63,407 nucleotides of DNA, filler included, from Rozella allomycis CSF55 (GCA_000442015.1; 12 parts of 12 records of this genome joined end to end with filler, not necessarily neighbours in it); one strand, 5' to 3'. Positions 1 to 12,737 are shown, counted from the whole stretch's first letter. Numbers and translations: made by a program. The notes: generated by a model not told the origin, from the letters alone.

Positions 1-163
1 AACTGTTTTGTTATTATATCTTTATCATTTTTTGACATAATTTGGACAAATCGGATGCCCCAAGTTCTTTTGGAAAGCCGGACACTGGTTTTTGGGTTCC
101 ATGTCGTTATGTGTTTGATGAAGTAGATGATAATTGATAGACGATATTTTTGAAACCTTTTTA

Positions 164-223
164 TCAGACGGGGAGTTTACGACCCGGACTTCAGAAACGA
201 TTATTGGCAAGTTGAGTTAATGC
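164..223 (+). mobile_element. Terminus (TIR plus subterminal sequence) of a DNA transposon family, cut by an assembly junction
   Basis: TCAGACGGGGAGTTTACGACCCGGACTTCAGAAACGATTATTGGCAAGTTGAGTTAAT nearly matches the reverse complement of the right end (~45674-45731) of the TIR element at 44983-45731. It is preceded by TTTA, the reverse complement of that element's TAAA target duplication. Confidence 0.75.
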
Positions 224-224
224 N

Positions 225-2287
225 TGATACTTGTACCCCTGTGGCCCTGTCAACCTGATGATTACAGAGAAAGACTTTAGAAATTGGCTGGTCACAACAA
301 GCAAGAAGCTCAAAGAGAAAATTGAAAATTTGAAAGATGAAGATGGAGATAGCATTGAATTTGGGGTGTATTGTCTATGGAACAAGAAAAAGTGGATTAA
401 GAAACTTGGTGATGACTATGGTACATCTATTTACGTAAAGCTCAATTCAGCAAGTAAAAAATCAAAGTTTGAATAACACGTAGGTACTGTGCAAGTTGCG
501 GTAGACGTGGATCAAACGCCGCCTGAGCCGAAGATAACCAAAAAGAATTTTATAGAAGAAAAAAGTAACGATTCTCCAGTGGGTAAAAATTCGAGAATGA
601 TGTAAAGTTAGAAGAGACTGTAGAAACTGCAGGGACCAGCGATCCCAATCGTTCCAAAATACTTTCTACCATTCAAAATTTCAATGAAAATTTATTGGCC
701 CTCAAACAGATCATGCCAGACTCTTTTGCTTCAATAACACAAGAAACCAATCCCTTCTCATTGAACAGAGGTCTATGGGACAAAGAAGAGTGGATCAGAA
801 AACTTGGCGATGACTATGGTACATATATTTACACCAAGCCCTATTCAACAAGTATGAATAATAATTTAGCGCTATCTGCTGCATTCGACACCTCTGGTCT
901 TGCCGCATACTGGAATGCGCTACGGGTTTTGGAAATTGGTGATGCCAATACTGTCGTAAATCTACCAGAGGATGTTCATATCCTTGGGAATTTAAGCATT
1001 GGAAAGTCTTGGTTTGTGCGTCCTTGTTATCCCTTGCTTCTAGAAAAATGCTTGGAGATTATTGCAGAGCCCACCACGCCTCACTTGGTTATTCTAGGCA
1101 ATCCAGGGATTGGGAAAACATATTTCGGGTATTTTCTTCTTCATTATTTCGCGAAGAATAACCATACTGTGGTTTATGAGCGAGGAAAGAGCAACGAGAG
1201 ATATCTATTTTCGTCTGGAGTGATTAGCTGGGGGTCTCAATCAGACTTTGTTCCTTATCTCCGTGAGCCTAATACCATATACATTGTTGATGCCTTCAAA
1301 CCAGTGGACGTTGCTGCCAAGACCATTCTTCTCTCATCTCCCCGTCAGGACGTTTGGTACAAGTTCAGCGATGATCATTGCACTATTCGCTATATGTCAG
1401 TTTGGAGCAAGGAAGAAATTCAAGCTTGTCGTGCTCTGCTTTACGCAAGTCTGTCAGCAGATGACGTTGATAAATTGTATTCAAAGTGGGGAGGGGTTCC
1501 CAAATTTGTTCTAGAGAATGCACGAGACATTTTTCAGCAAAAGAAACTAGACAGTGCAATTTTATCCGTGGACTTGGACGGCCTGGTGAAGGCCATTGGA
1601 AACCCAGACGTATATGACCTTCCAGCACATCGACTTGTTCACATTACTGTCTTGGACGATTTCATCTATGTGACATACGCCTTTGCATCAGATTATGTTG
1701 CCGATGCTGTGTATTCTCGTCTTTACGTTTCGAAAAGACAACAACTTCTTAATTTCATTGCTGCCTCTGATAGTTTTGGAGATTTGGGAGTTATCAGGGG
1801 CGTTCTGTTTGAGAGATTCGCACACTCAATCATCCAAAATGGAGGCACTTTTAAAGTGCGAGAGTTGTTTGAAAATGGCACGCGAGGACCTGATGAAGAA
1901 GTTATCTTTGAGCCGTCAAGACTAGTTGTATTTGAACAAGAGCTTGAGGATATTGGAGATGACAATGTGTATGAGAAACCAAAGACGAAAATCTATGAAG
2001 CTGTGGATTCATTTATCAGAAAAATTGCAGCGATGTTCCAAATGACAGGTGAAAGATATCACCCGACTAAGCAAGCTGGTGTACAAAAGGTTCTAAATTT
2101 GATGAATAACCCTGAGCATCCACGTCTATACTTTGTGGTTCCTAAAGATCGCTTTACTAACTTCTCCTATCAAAAGTATGTGGGTGCCAATGGCCAAAAT
2201 CTAGAGACTGGACTTTCGTATAGGAATGTTCAGAAGGTCCGCCAATTTGTTCTTTCTATTGATGTCACATCATATGCCAAACGCTGA
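225..2287 (+). CDS. Crinkler (CRN/CR)-type effector: SAM-like header repeats, P-loop NTPase, C-terminal restriction-endonuclease-like domain (5' end uncertain)
   Basis: Introns 454-483 and 583-611 (GT..AG) join ORF 231-476 in frame to ORF 695-2287. Walker A GNPGIGKT, Walker B YIVDA, WGGVPK, and REase-like G..FE / AVDSF / FQMT / LYFVVP match the CR-NTPase+REase architecture. Confidence 0.85.
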
Positions 2288-2560
2288 AATAAAAATATTT
2301 ATTTAAATATATAGAAATTTGTAATGAAACAGTGTTGAGTTTACGTAAAACGACGATGAAGTCTCGGGAAAAATGACCATGTAAGCCATCGTTCGAAAGG
2401 TCAAAGTCAGCAATTATTTTGCAATGAGGTCCAATTTAACACCCAATTTTAATCATTTTTTAATTTTTAAAACATATTCAACATATTTTTTTCCAGAAAT
2501 CACGTCGGGAAATAATTTCAAGTTTCAAATAATTCAAATACGCCACCAATTTGCTTGAAC

Positions 2561-3008
2561 ATGGGTAAGAGCGAGTCATTGTTTGAAGCTTTAACCAAAG
2601 CATTCCAAGCATTCTCATCTGAAGAAAAGGCGGCACAAAGCAAAAAAGTACATAATCGATTAATCCATCATAGGTAAACGCCATTTTCCAGTTTGATGTG
2701 AAATCTGAATCAGGGGACATCTCCACATGGATTGTTGATCTAAAAGGAAATGCAGAAGTAACTAAAGGAAAGGTATTTGGATCCACTAATACTGTCTAGA
2801 CTGATAAAAAGCCGGATGTGGTCATTACTGTTGCTGATCAAGATTTAGTGGACATTGCAACCGGAAAGCTGAGTGGTAAAATATTTATTCTTCATTGATA
2901 GGTCAAAAAGCATTCACTTCTGGAAAGCTCAAAGTCAAGGGAAATATAATGACTGTTACCAAAGTGGAAGGGGTCTTGAAAGTTGCAGTTAAGCAAGCCA
3001 AGCTTTAA
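2561..3008 (+). CDS. SCP2 sterol-carrier/fatty-acid-binding domain protein (3 small introns)
   Basis: Spliced translation MGKSESLFEAL...VNAIFQFDV...WIVDLK...KPDVVITVADQDLVDIATGKL..GQKAFTSGKLKVKGNIM...QAKL*, with SCP2 motifs and a C-terminal AKL peroxisomal signal. Absent from the ORF track. Confidence 0.9.
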
Positions 3009-3015
3009 TAAATCC

Positions 3016-5085
3016 ATGGCAACCGATATAATGTCGGAGAAAGTCATTTCTATTTCGAACTCATTATCTTCTTCAACTATTATTTCTAATGATGAGGATT
3101 CAAGATTCAAGATCTCAAAACTGCCTGATCCGTCGCCCGCGAAAAAGAAAAAACATCCAGTGATTATAAATAGCCTGGAATGTAAATATGATATTGGTAT
3201 TTATTTTTATACAAGTTTATAGTTAAATATTGCGCAAAGAAAGCTGGATATAGGTTAGCGGATGATCCAAAGGAATCATGGATGGTGTACTGGTATGAAA
3301 AGTAGACACGAATGAAAAGGCTAGATACTGGATGTTCAATGGAGCGAGTAATGAGCATGAAGCCCTATCAAAAAATTAATCACTTTCCCGGTATGTCGGA
3401 GATTTGCAGGAAAGATAACTTGGCGAGGAACTTGACAAGATATCACAAGGTTCTCCCAGCGGAGTACAATTTCTTTCCGAAAACATGGATTCTTCCTGTA
3501 GAGTATTAAAAACATTAATGATTCAAACAGTTATGCTGATTTCACTCGCTGCGCAAAAGAAAAACGAGTGAAATTTTTTATCGCCAAGCCTGATTCCGGA
3601 AGCCAAGGACGGGGAATCTTCCTTTTTAAAGATCCAAGTCTTATTAATGCTAACAGCAATATGATTGTTCAAAAATATTTGCATAAAGTAAGAAATGAAA
3701 CGAGAGATTATTAGCCGTATTTGATTGACGGGAAAAAGTTCGACATGAGAATTTATGTGTTGATTACATCGTGTGACCCTCTGCGAATATTTCTTTATAA
3801 AGAAGGTCTGGGCAGATTTGCTACAGAGTCGTACAAGGAGCCTAATTACTTCAATTTGGTAAGCAATAATCCGACCAAGAACAGGCAAACACATGCATGC
3901 ATTTAACAAACTATGCAATAAATAAAAAGAACAAGAATTTTGATAGAGATTCAACGGAAAATAAGGGAAGCAAGAGGTACTTGCGAAATGGTTTGCAATA
4001 TAGGACATTGACATCAGTTTTTGATCTTCTTTCTCAAAATGGCCATGATGTGGATAAAATTTGGGATAATATAAAAGTAAAACCATCATATTAAAACTGA
4101 AAGGACGTCATAATCAAAACCATTCTTGTTGTGCAAAACCATCTTAAGAGGACACACAAGTCTTGTTTTCCGAATAGAATTATAGGAAGTAGTTGTTTTG
4201 AAGTGCTGGGATTTGATATCATGCTTGACTATAAATTGCGACCTTGGGTGTTAGAAGTAATAAAAGTGCAACAAATCAAAAGGTTAATCATTCACCTAGT
4301 TTCACATGTGATGCTGAAATTGACTTTATGGTTAAAGAAGCCTTAATATCAGATACGTTCAGATTACTAAATATAAAGAATTCAGAAAAGCGCAAGTTTT
4401 CACAAAATGAAAAAGTCCAATCTAAACGGCGCTTGATGAAGAAGCAAGATAAAAGCCCTAGTACTGAATTTGTATCAAAGGTTGCTAAAGAAAAAGATGT
4501 GAGCGGAATCAAAGCCAAATACCTGCAAGAGCTAGAAGAATATGAAAACGAAAACATGGTAATGATAAAAATGGTGATTGAAAGGGAAATTTTGAGAGGA
4601 TATTTCCATCAACAAATCCTGAAAGACAGCAAGTATACGAGAACATTTTATCGACTGTTCAAAGTGGCCTTGATGTAGAAACTGCGAGTGTTAAAGCCAG
4701 AAAAGCATTTATAGAAAAGAAGCGCAAGGAAGACGAACTTGTTAATTTACCATTTAAACGTACATTATCAAACATTGCGGCCACTCCGCGTTACAATAAA
4801 CCTATAAGCGAGCTGCAAAGAATTCGAAGAGAAATGGAATCCATGTCCATAGCATTAAAACGAGCCAGTAGTGCTAGACCTAGTTTGACAATTGGAAAAG
4901 AACATTTGTTCAATGGATATCTTTCGAATGATATAATCTCGATAAGCCCAGAAAAGAGTTTTTTAAAAGTTCAATCATTTGTAAAGCCGAAAAGACTTGG
5001 CGGTAGTTTACAGAAAGCAATCACAACGGAATCTATTAAAATGATGCAGAGTAATAATAGTAATAACACCTATTTCTGGCAATAA
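3016..5085 (+). CDS. Tubulin polyglutamylase, TTLL6/TTLL13-like (multi-exon)
   Basis: Exon motifs [86 protein letters not shown]. Confidence 0.92.
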
Positions 5086-5141
5086 TCAAATAAATTAAAA
5101 GTCAATTCAATTGAATAATAGAATGTGTTTAAAAATGATAT

Positions 5142-6891
5142 TTATTGTTGTCTTGTCTTTTTCGCTGATTGAAATTCAATTTTACGGCCAGAAGAGGCAG
5201 AAATTTCTTCCTTTGAGCCAGCGTAACCGCCAACAGTCATTAAGCCTTTTGAACCAATAGAGTCCAAAGCACGCTTGCCTTTCTTAGCTTCTGTTAAAAA
5301 TTCATTGAGGCCAAAAGGATCGTCTTGCTCTTCATCCTTCTCAAACTGCACAGGACCTTCGTATGGTTTAGCTTCTTCAGTTCCAGCGAAACCTTTTTGT
5401 GGTTTGAAGCGGGCTGTATCCAGAAGGGCGTCCACAGCAGCTGAAGTTCCAGCAATTTCATCATCAACGTTTGATTTCTTTGGACGATAAATAAGATTAG
5501 CTGAACTTCCTTTAAACAAGGGTTTATCATACAGATCATAAGCTACAATAACAAAAAAGATGAATTGGTACCTTCTTCATCTTTAAATCCTGAATTAAGG
5601 CCTTCAGATTGATTGAAGAGTCTAGAATCAAAAGATTGTTCAACAGAATAAGTTGGTTTGGCAACACCAAGCGCAACTTTCTCAGAAACATCCCTGTCAG
5701 AATCTTTTCCTCTTCTTTTAGACTTCAATTCTCTTTCTCTTTCTTTTTGGCGAATTCTTCTAATTTCTTCTCTTTCTTTATATGATGAATCATGGCGTCT
5801 TTCATCATCGCTTTCTTCTTCTTCTCTTCTTCCAATTCCAGATCTTTCTTCTCTCGCTTGTTGCGCCAATAATCTCAATTTCTCTTCCTTTTCTCTCTTT
5901 TGACTTTCTGCCAACTTTCTTTCCAAAGCAGCACGCTGTTCAATTTCGTCTCTCGCTTGTCTATCAGCAATGTAGAGAGATTCACTCAGCTTTGCAAAAT
6001 TATCGTTAATGACAACTTCTTGCAATCCTCTTCCATCAGCCGCTAATCTCTTATCTAGAGGGATCGTATAACCACGCGGATTCTTCCAATTAGACACACA
6101 GGGCGGTATCTTCCATGCATTCTGCTCTTGCACAGTCACTTTGCGTGTAGGTGAATGTAGAACAGGCGCTGGAGGTGAAGGTGGTGCTATTTACTTTATC
6201 TTAATCATCTTACGTCTAGGCATTCTTCTATATTTCGCCATCGGTGGTTCCAAAGGATCAGCTTGCAGCTGCACTATGCGGACTACTCTTTCCTTTGGCG
6301 CATTAGGATTATTAAATTGTTCTGTTGGCGTGTACTTGTAAAATTTTGGCGCTTCCGTTTCTTTCTTTGCTATCACATGCTTAGGTTGTGAATTTGCAAC
6401 TTTTTCATCTATTATCTTCTGAAGAGCCATCTTTGTCTTTTCTGTGACTTCATCTATTTCCTCTTGACTAGGCTTTTCAAACTGGTCTCTAGCTGTTAGA
6501 TCAGTCGGCATCGCGTCTCTAAACGACGTCTGCACTTTCCTATCTTTATCTTGCCCATACTTCACAAGTGCTGAATAATCCAACTTTCCATTAGCATCCA
6601 CCTTTAGCGGAAGCGTCGAATTCTTTTCCGTCTCTTTCAACCCCATATTTAATGGAAACTGTGATACGTGGATTTCAGGAAAAGCTCCTCCATCTCCAAA
6701 ATCCTGCATTATTTATATTTATAAAATGTTACTGCCGGAGTTCTGGGCGCAAAGCCCAGTCGCTTTCTATACGGTGGTGGTCCTTTGACCGTAACAGCAA
6801 CACTGGTATTCTGTACAAAATTGCTCTTTTTATATGTGGATTCTCGAAAAGTATTCTTCGGTTTAGGTAATAAAGATGTCAAGGATGCCAT
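5142..6891 (-). CDS. SNW1: Pre-mRNA splicing factor SNW1/SKIP/Prp45 (multi-exon)
   Basis: MASLTSLLPKPK start; DFGDGGAFPEIH, DPLEPP, WKIPPCVSNWKNPRGYTIPLDKRLAADGRGL, DSRLFNQ, GPVQFEKD, DPFGL. Confidence 0.95.
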
Positions 6892-7094
6892 TTGAAAATG
6901 TGGCTTGGTTGCCAATGATCCTGAGCCAAATTTAGCCTGAATTTATATGGTGCCTGAAAGATATTGTGGATTAGAATTTTTGGTTTGTCGTTAACAAAAG
7001 ATTCCATTTGAGATTTGTACTTTAAAAATATTGCAAGACTCAAATTCAAATGTGAATTCAGCTTTTTGATGAAATGTTGTCTTGGTGACACAAT

Positions 7095-7601
7095 ATGCTA
7101 AAACAAATTATACCCTTCTTCCTACTCTTTGCATTAGTCCTAGGGGACATTCAACTGCCTGGACAAAGTCAGACAAGTAATTTATTCAACTACAATTTAA
7201 CATAGATGGGACTAATTTTTGTCTCAATTTCAGTTCCAATTGCACATATTGCGTAGGTCAAAGTGATTGCGGTTGGTGTGCCACGGATAACCTTTGCATT
7301 CCAGGCAGCGCACTAGGATCTACATTTGCAAACATCAAATGCTCTGATTCATCTTTCACTTGGGGTTCATGCAAAGGTAAGCGAATGAGAGTCTAAAACA
7401 TTAGTTACTCTAAATCAAGCATACATTGGTATCATCGTTATTGTTATAATAGTCGCCCTCATTGTAATTGCTATCCTAATCAAAAGATGCGTTTCAAAGA
7501 AAAGATCTGAAAACAATTTCGTAAAAATGATTGATGACATATCAGTCGTTAAAAATAATAAGAAGAGCGGAGTTGCTGCTAAATTGAAAAATTTGGTCTA
7601 G
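7095..7601 (+). CDS. Small type-I membrane protein with signal peptide, PSI-type Cys domain and TM helix (PTTG1IP/PBF-like)
   Basis: Introns 7177-7205 and ~7377-7404 give MLKQIIPFFLLFALVLG...CLNFSSNCTYCVGQSDCGWCATDNLCIPG...CSDSSFTWGSCKV...IGIIVIVIIVALIVIAILIKR...*. Absent from the ORF track. Confidence 0.75.
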
Positions 7602-7673
7602 TAAAAGAATTTCTCTTTTATTTAAATTGCTCCTTCTATAGTCAAGTGTATTTCTTCTTTGATATAATTTTGA

Positions 7674-8852
7674 TTAATCTAAAATGAATTGATCTTTGAT
7701 TATATCTTTTTTGAGAGTTCCGTCGATTTTTTTCATTATCACTCGGTCTATGCCAATTGTGGCTCTTCTAATCTCAAAAGCTCTATTCGATTCAGTTCCT
7801 TTTTTCACGCCACCAAAGTCAATAATTTGAAGCTCTGCTTTAGGCATAGAAACGTCTACTAATATATTGCCGGGATGGAGATCGGAGTGGACTTTACCCA
7901 ACTTGTGAATTTCCTCAATTCTATTCACCAGCAGGTTTTTAATATTCTCTATTTTCTTAACGTCCATATTCATGAAATCCAGCTCATCTATATTCAATCC
8001 ACGCACAATATTCATCAAGATAAAACCATACTCTTCTAATTTTGTCGATTGACAAAATCTAGACAATTCTGATAGTGAGTTGACTTCGGTTTCAAACATT
8101 TTCCTAGCTATTCTCGAGTATCTTGCTTTATTTTCAGCTTTTGGAAAGTCACGATTCAAAGTAACAATTTTCAATGCGAATTTTTCACCGAATCTTGATT
8201 CCACTTCCCGGACAACTGAAAATTTGCCTCTACCAAGTTGCAAACCTGTAAATCTATAAAATTCGTCGTCGATTTTAATTCCTTTGCCTTGAATTGACGG
8301 TAAAGGAGCTGGGTCAATGTGTTTGATCATTTCATTATCATTCTCAAAAATATAACTAGGATCTTTGAACATCTCTGAATCATCTTCTTCGTCTTCATCG
8401 GATTCGGACTCAACGTCGTTGTTTATTGTCTGCTTCAATGGGGTTGATGCGTGAAAAAAGTTATCAAAGGTGAACCTATTGAACATGTCATCTACTCCTT
8501 CATCAAATGAGCCAATAGAAGAAGACGAGTCGAATTGCGATGAATAATCAGAGTCAATATCACTTCCGGCTATGGAGGTGGACGCAGACGAAGAGCCACT
8601 TGATGAAGCTTGCATTTCTATATCATTCAAAAGCTTCTTCTGAGATTCGCGCAGTCTTGTTAAGGATGACGATGTTCTTGACTGTATCACTTTTCTGCCC
8701 CTTGAAGGAGAGGTAGGCAAGGAACTGGGTCTTTGAGGAGGAAGAGAACTATGTCTGGACGAGGAGGCAATGAGGTTATTAGATTGACGGGTGGTGGAGC
8801 ATATAATAGCGAATAATGCTAGTACGACTGTTGTTGTATTGAATATAGTCAT
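7674..8852 (-). CDS. Protein kinase-like protein with N-terminal hydrophobic signal/anchor and Ser/acidic linker; short C-lobe
   Basis: Intronless. First in-frame ATG at 8852 (MTIFNTTTVVLALFAIIC). Kinase motifs LGRGKFSVV, FALK, FETE, HSDLHPGNILV, IIDFG. Confidence 0.8.
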   Translation of the reverse strand: MTIFNTTTVVLALFAIICSTTRQSNNLIASSSRHSSLPPQRPSSLPTSPSRGRKVIQSRTSSSLTRLRESQKKLLNDIEMQASSSGSSSASTSIAGSDIDSDYSSQFDSSSSIGSFDEGVDDMFNRFTFDNFFHASTPLKQTINNDVESESDEDEEDDSEMFKDPSYIFENDNEMIKHIDPAPLPSIQGKGIKIDDEFYRFTGLQLGRGKFSVVREVESRFGEKFALKIVTLNRDFPKAENKARYSRIARKMFETEVNSLSELSRFCQSTKLEEYGFILMNIVRGLNIDELDFMNMDVKKIENIKNLLVNRIEEIHKLGKVHSDLHPGNILVDVSMPKAELQIIDFGGVKKGTESNRAFEIRRATIGIDRVIMKKIDGTLKKDIIKDQFILD

Positions 8853-9044
8853 GTGGCGTGGCACAGTCGCACATGGCCTTTAAGGTCACATGAATTCGAA
8901 ATTTCCTAAATAGAAACAAGGTTCACATGACCAGTAAAAATCACGCATTGTTCTCTGATTATCCCAGGGTGTGACTCACCATCGATGTAATAATAAAAAT
9001 TTTATCATCCATTAAGTTGTATTTTTTAGTGCAAAGCCACTGAA

Positions 9045-10395
9045 ATGTCCAAATCTTTACTGTTTTTAGGAGCCATGACAGTCGCTTTTACTGTAACATA
9101 CTTTTCAGTAAAATCGAATTTAAAAGGAAAGAAACGGGAAAGAAAGTTTAAAAATATCCAGAAAAACACAAGTAGGTTTTGATCATCTGCTTAAAATAGG
9201 TGAAATAGTTTTTGACGAAACCTTGATTAGAGAGCAGTTAAGTAGAAATTACCTCTACTTTGGAGATGAGAAAATGGAAAAGATAAGAAATTCCTTTGTC
9301 GTCGTTGTTGGAGCAGGTAAAATGATTTTATAAATCTGAAAAGGCGGTGTTGGAAGTCATGCCATATCTATGCTAATAAGAACAGGTGTAGGAAAAATAA
9401 GAATAATAGATTTTGATCAAGTGACGTTGTCATCTTTGAATAGACATGCATGTGCTGTTCATAGCGATGTTGGAACGTCGAAAGTAGAATGTATTAAACA
9501 ATATTTTTCAAAAGTCGCCCCTTGGTGTGATATAGAAATTAGAAATGAAATGTACAATTTAGAAAAGTCGGATGTACTACTTTCGGGGAATCCTGATTTT
9601 GTTATCGACTGTATTGATAATATTAAGACTAAAGTGGAATTATTAAAATATTGCCATGAAAATAAAATCCCTGTAGTAAGCTCAATGGGTGCAGGAGCGA
9701 AATGTGATCCTACCTCCATCCAAATATGCGATATCTCTGAATCATCGGGTAAATAGTCTATTCAAATGTCATTTTAAGAAGATCCTTTAGCAAAGGCTAC
9801 TAGAAAATCATTAAAGAAGTTTGGCATCACTGACGGGATTCCAGTAGTTTATTCAACAGAAAGAGCAAATGGAATATCGTTAATGCCCCTATCAGAAGAC
9901 AATGTTAATGATGCCAAGCAATTTGCACCATTCGATGACTTTCGTGTTCGCATCCTACCTGTCCTCGGAACCCTGCCTGCACTTTTTGGGAATACAATTG
10001 CCACCTACGTTTTGCTCAAGATCACGAACTGGGAGCACTTTCATCCCCTGGTTGCAAAGAATAGAACTGCCTTGTACACCAAATTTCACAAAGACTTGGT
10101 TCTAAAAGAAGGACAAAAAATTAATTTAACAATTTCAGATTTGAAATATGTTTTTGAACAAATTTGGTTTGGTCGCTCCATAACGAGTTTAGACAGTGAC
10201 AACTTAATTTTGGTAAAATGGAGAAAGGAAAATCCACTCTCTATGTTTAATTTGGTATGTTTAACAAAAAATGAATCTAAACTTCATGAAAGCTATGAAA
10301 ATCTTGAAGATGCATATGGTCTTGAATTTGTTTCATCTGTGGACAATAAACTTGATAGAGAAAGAACGTATTTATGGGATAAGCAAAAGTCTTGA
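9045..10395 (+). CDS. tRNA threonylcarbamoyladenosine dehydratase (TcdA/Tcd1-Tcd2, ThiF family)
   Basis: N-terminal TM segment; REQLSRN, VVVVGAGGVGS, DFDQVTLSSLNRH, DFVIDCIDN, SSMGAGAKCDP, EDPLAK, FRVRILPVLGTLPALFG; 3 small introns. Confidence 0.92.
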
Positions 10396-10502
10396 AAGTA
10401 AAAATAAATAGTTATTTTGAATGCTTATTTACCATTTTTGCTCAAATCGGTCATGCCATAAATTCAACCCAATATTCTAAATTTTGTAAATTTAGGAATC
10501 AG

Positions 10503-11335
<833 letters not shown>

Positions 11336-11341
11336 ACACCT

Positions 11342-11596
11342 TTATGCGCCTAAATGTTTCCTTCCTTTCATCCATCTACGAAAAAGAATCTTTTTCCCTG
11401 CTTTAGTCTTCAATCTTGCCAAAAATCCGACTTTTCTCTTCCTCTTTCTGTAATTAGGCTCGTAGTTTTCGAAGAAGACCTTCGAACGGATTTGCACAAA
11501 TTGAAATGGGTTCGTATTGATATTTGTTATCTTTTGGTAGGGAGCATGAGATATCTTTATGATAGAAGTACCAATTCTGCGAGCAATACCTAGCAT
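11342..11596 (-). CDS. Mitochondrial ribosomal protein bL34m
   Basis: Presequence-like N-terminus followed by YEPNYRKRKRKVGFLARLKTKAGKKILFRRWMKGRKHL. Confidence 0.9.
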   Translation of the reverse strand: MLGIARRIGTSIIKISHAPYQKITNINTNPFQFVQIRSKVFFENYEPNYRKRKRKVGFLARLKTKAGKKILFRRWMKGRKHLGA

Positions 11597-11733
11597 TATG
11601 GATTTTCAATTTGACAAATTTGAATTTGGAAATAGTCTTAGTCCTATTGATGATTATAACGTGTCTTTAATAATTTAATTACTAAATACTAAATGATTAA
11701 TTTATTAAAAATGCAGTAAAGTTGAAGCAGCAT

Positions 11734-12015
11734 TTATTTAGCGCTCTTTTTCTGATTGTTCCGAAGTTCCATTAGCTTTCTCTTTCGTTCCATAACTTCC
11801 TTTTTCGTGCCTTTTATCGTGACGAAAATTCCATGCTTTTCTTTAGTTCTTACTCTCCTTGTCGATTTGTTTCTAATTGATAGATAATTATGAGGATGGA
11901 TGTCCTTAACTTTACAAATGTTGCCCATTATGCTTGAAATATTTCGGTTGATGAAATGGTTGGTGATGTTGTATGTTGATGTTCTACCAAAAGCACTTTG
12001 CACAAATGATAGCAT
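11734..12015 (-). CDS. Small basic protein with mitochondrial presequence-like N-terminus; possible diverged bL34m paralog
   Basis: 93 aa, N-terminal region nearly devoid of acidic residues ending ..SIRNK; C-terminus RRVRTKEKHGIF..KGTKKEVMERKRK weakly echoes L34. Confidence 0.55.
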   Translation of the reverse strand: MLSFVQSAFGRTSTYNITNHFINRNISSIMGNICKVKDIHPHNYLSIRNKSTRRVRTKEKHGIFVTIKGTKKEVMERKRKLMELRNNQKKSAK

Positions 12016-12098
12016 TTGCCAATTTCAGAAATAGGTATTTTTACAGACATAGCGCAACAATGAAATAAATGCGTAATGTACATAATTTATTGTAAATT

Positions 12099-12737
12099 TT
12101 AACTAATTGACATTTCTTTTTTAAGTTCTAAAAGACGAATATATTTTTCTTCACTCTCTTGAATTTTTCTTTTCACCATGGATAGTTCGCAACAATCTCT
12201 TAAAACTTTTCTCACTAGAAATCAATCTATTACCATTTTTAAATATTATTTGCGGCTTCGTCAGATGCTGCCGCAGGAACACTCCAAACCAGTTCAATGG
12301 TTCTGTCTTGTCGAGTGTTGTTTTTTCCCGCATCTCGATTCCCTCGTTAGATTCAAATGCGTTTAATAACCTTTGCCTCTCAATTTCAACATTTAGATCC
12401 TCATCTTTATTTAGTTCTTTAGTTTCGTTGTTCATCAACGCGGTCAAATTACAAACACCGTCAAGTTCCCTTTATATAACTCCTTTGAACTATTTTTACA
12501 TATCAACAGCTAGTCTTGCATCAAATTTATTAGGCATTTTCCAAAGTGACAATGCGTTTTGACCATGATTATAACGTATCTGTGCTGTACAAATAAACGC
12601 CTATTCATGCTTAAAGTTTGATGAATTACTTGCTTCAAATTTTCTGATAGTTGTTCCTGTAATGCGTTATATGTCTCGAGTAAACTAAAAATAGAAATTA
12701 GTTCTTGATCTAGCTTGGCAGCGAGAGAATCTGACAT
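12099..12737 (-). CDS. V-ATPase assembly factor Vma22/CCDC115-like
   Basis: N-terminal LDQELISIFSLLETYNALQEQL coiled coil and EPLNWFGVF..LTKPQIIF motif; small introns; last exon ends KKEMSIS*. Confidence 0.75.
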
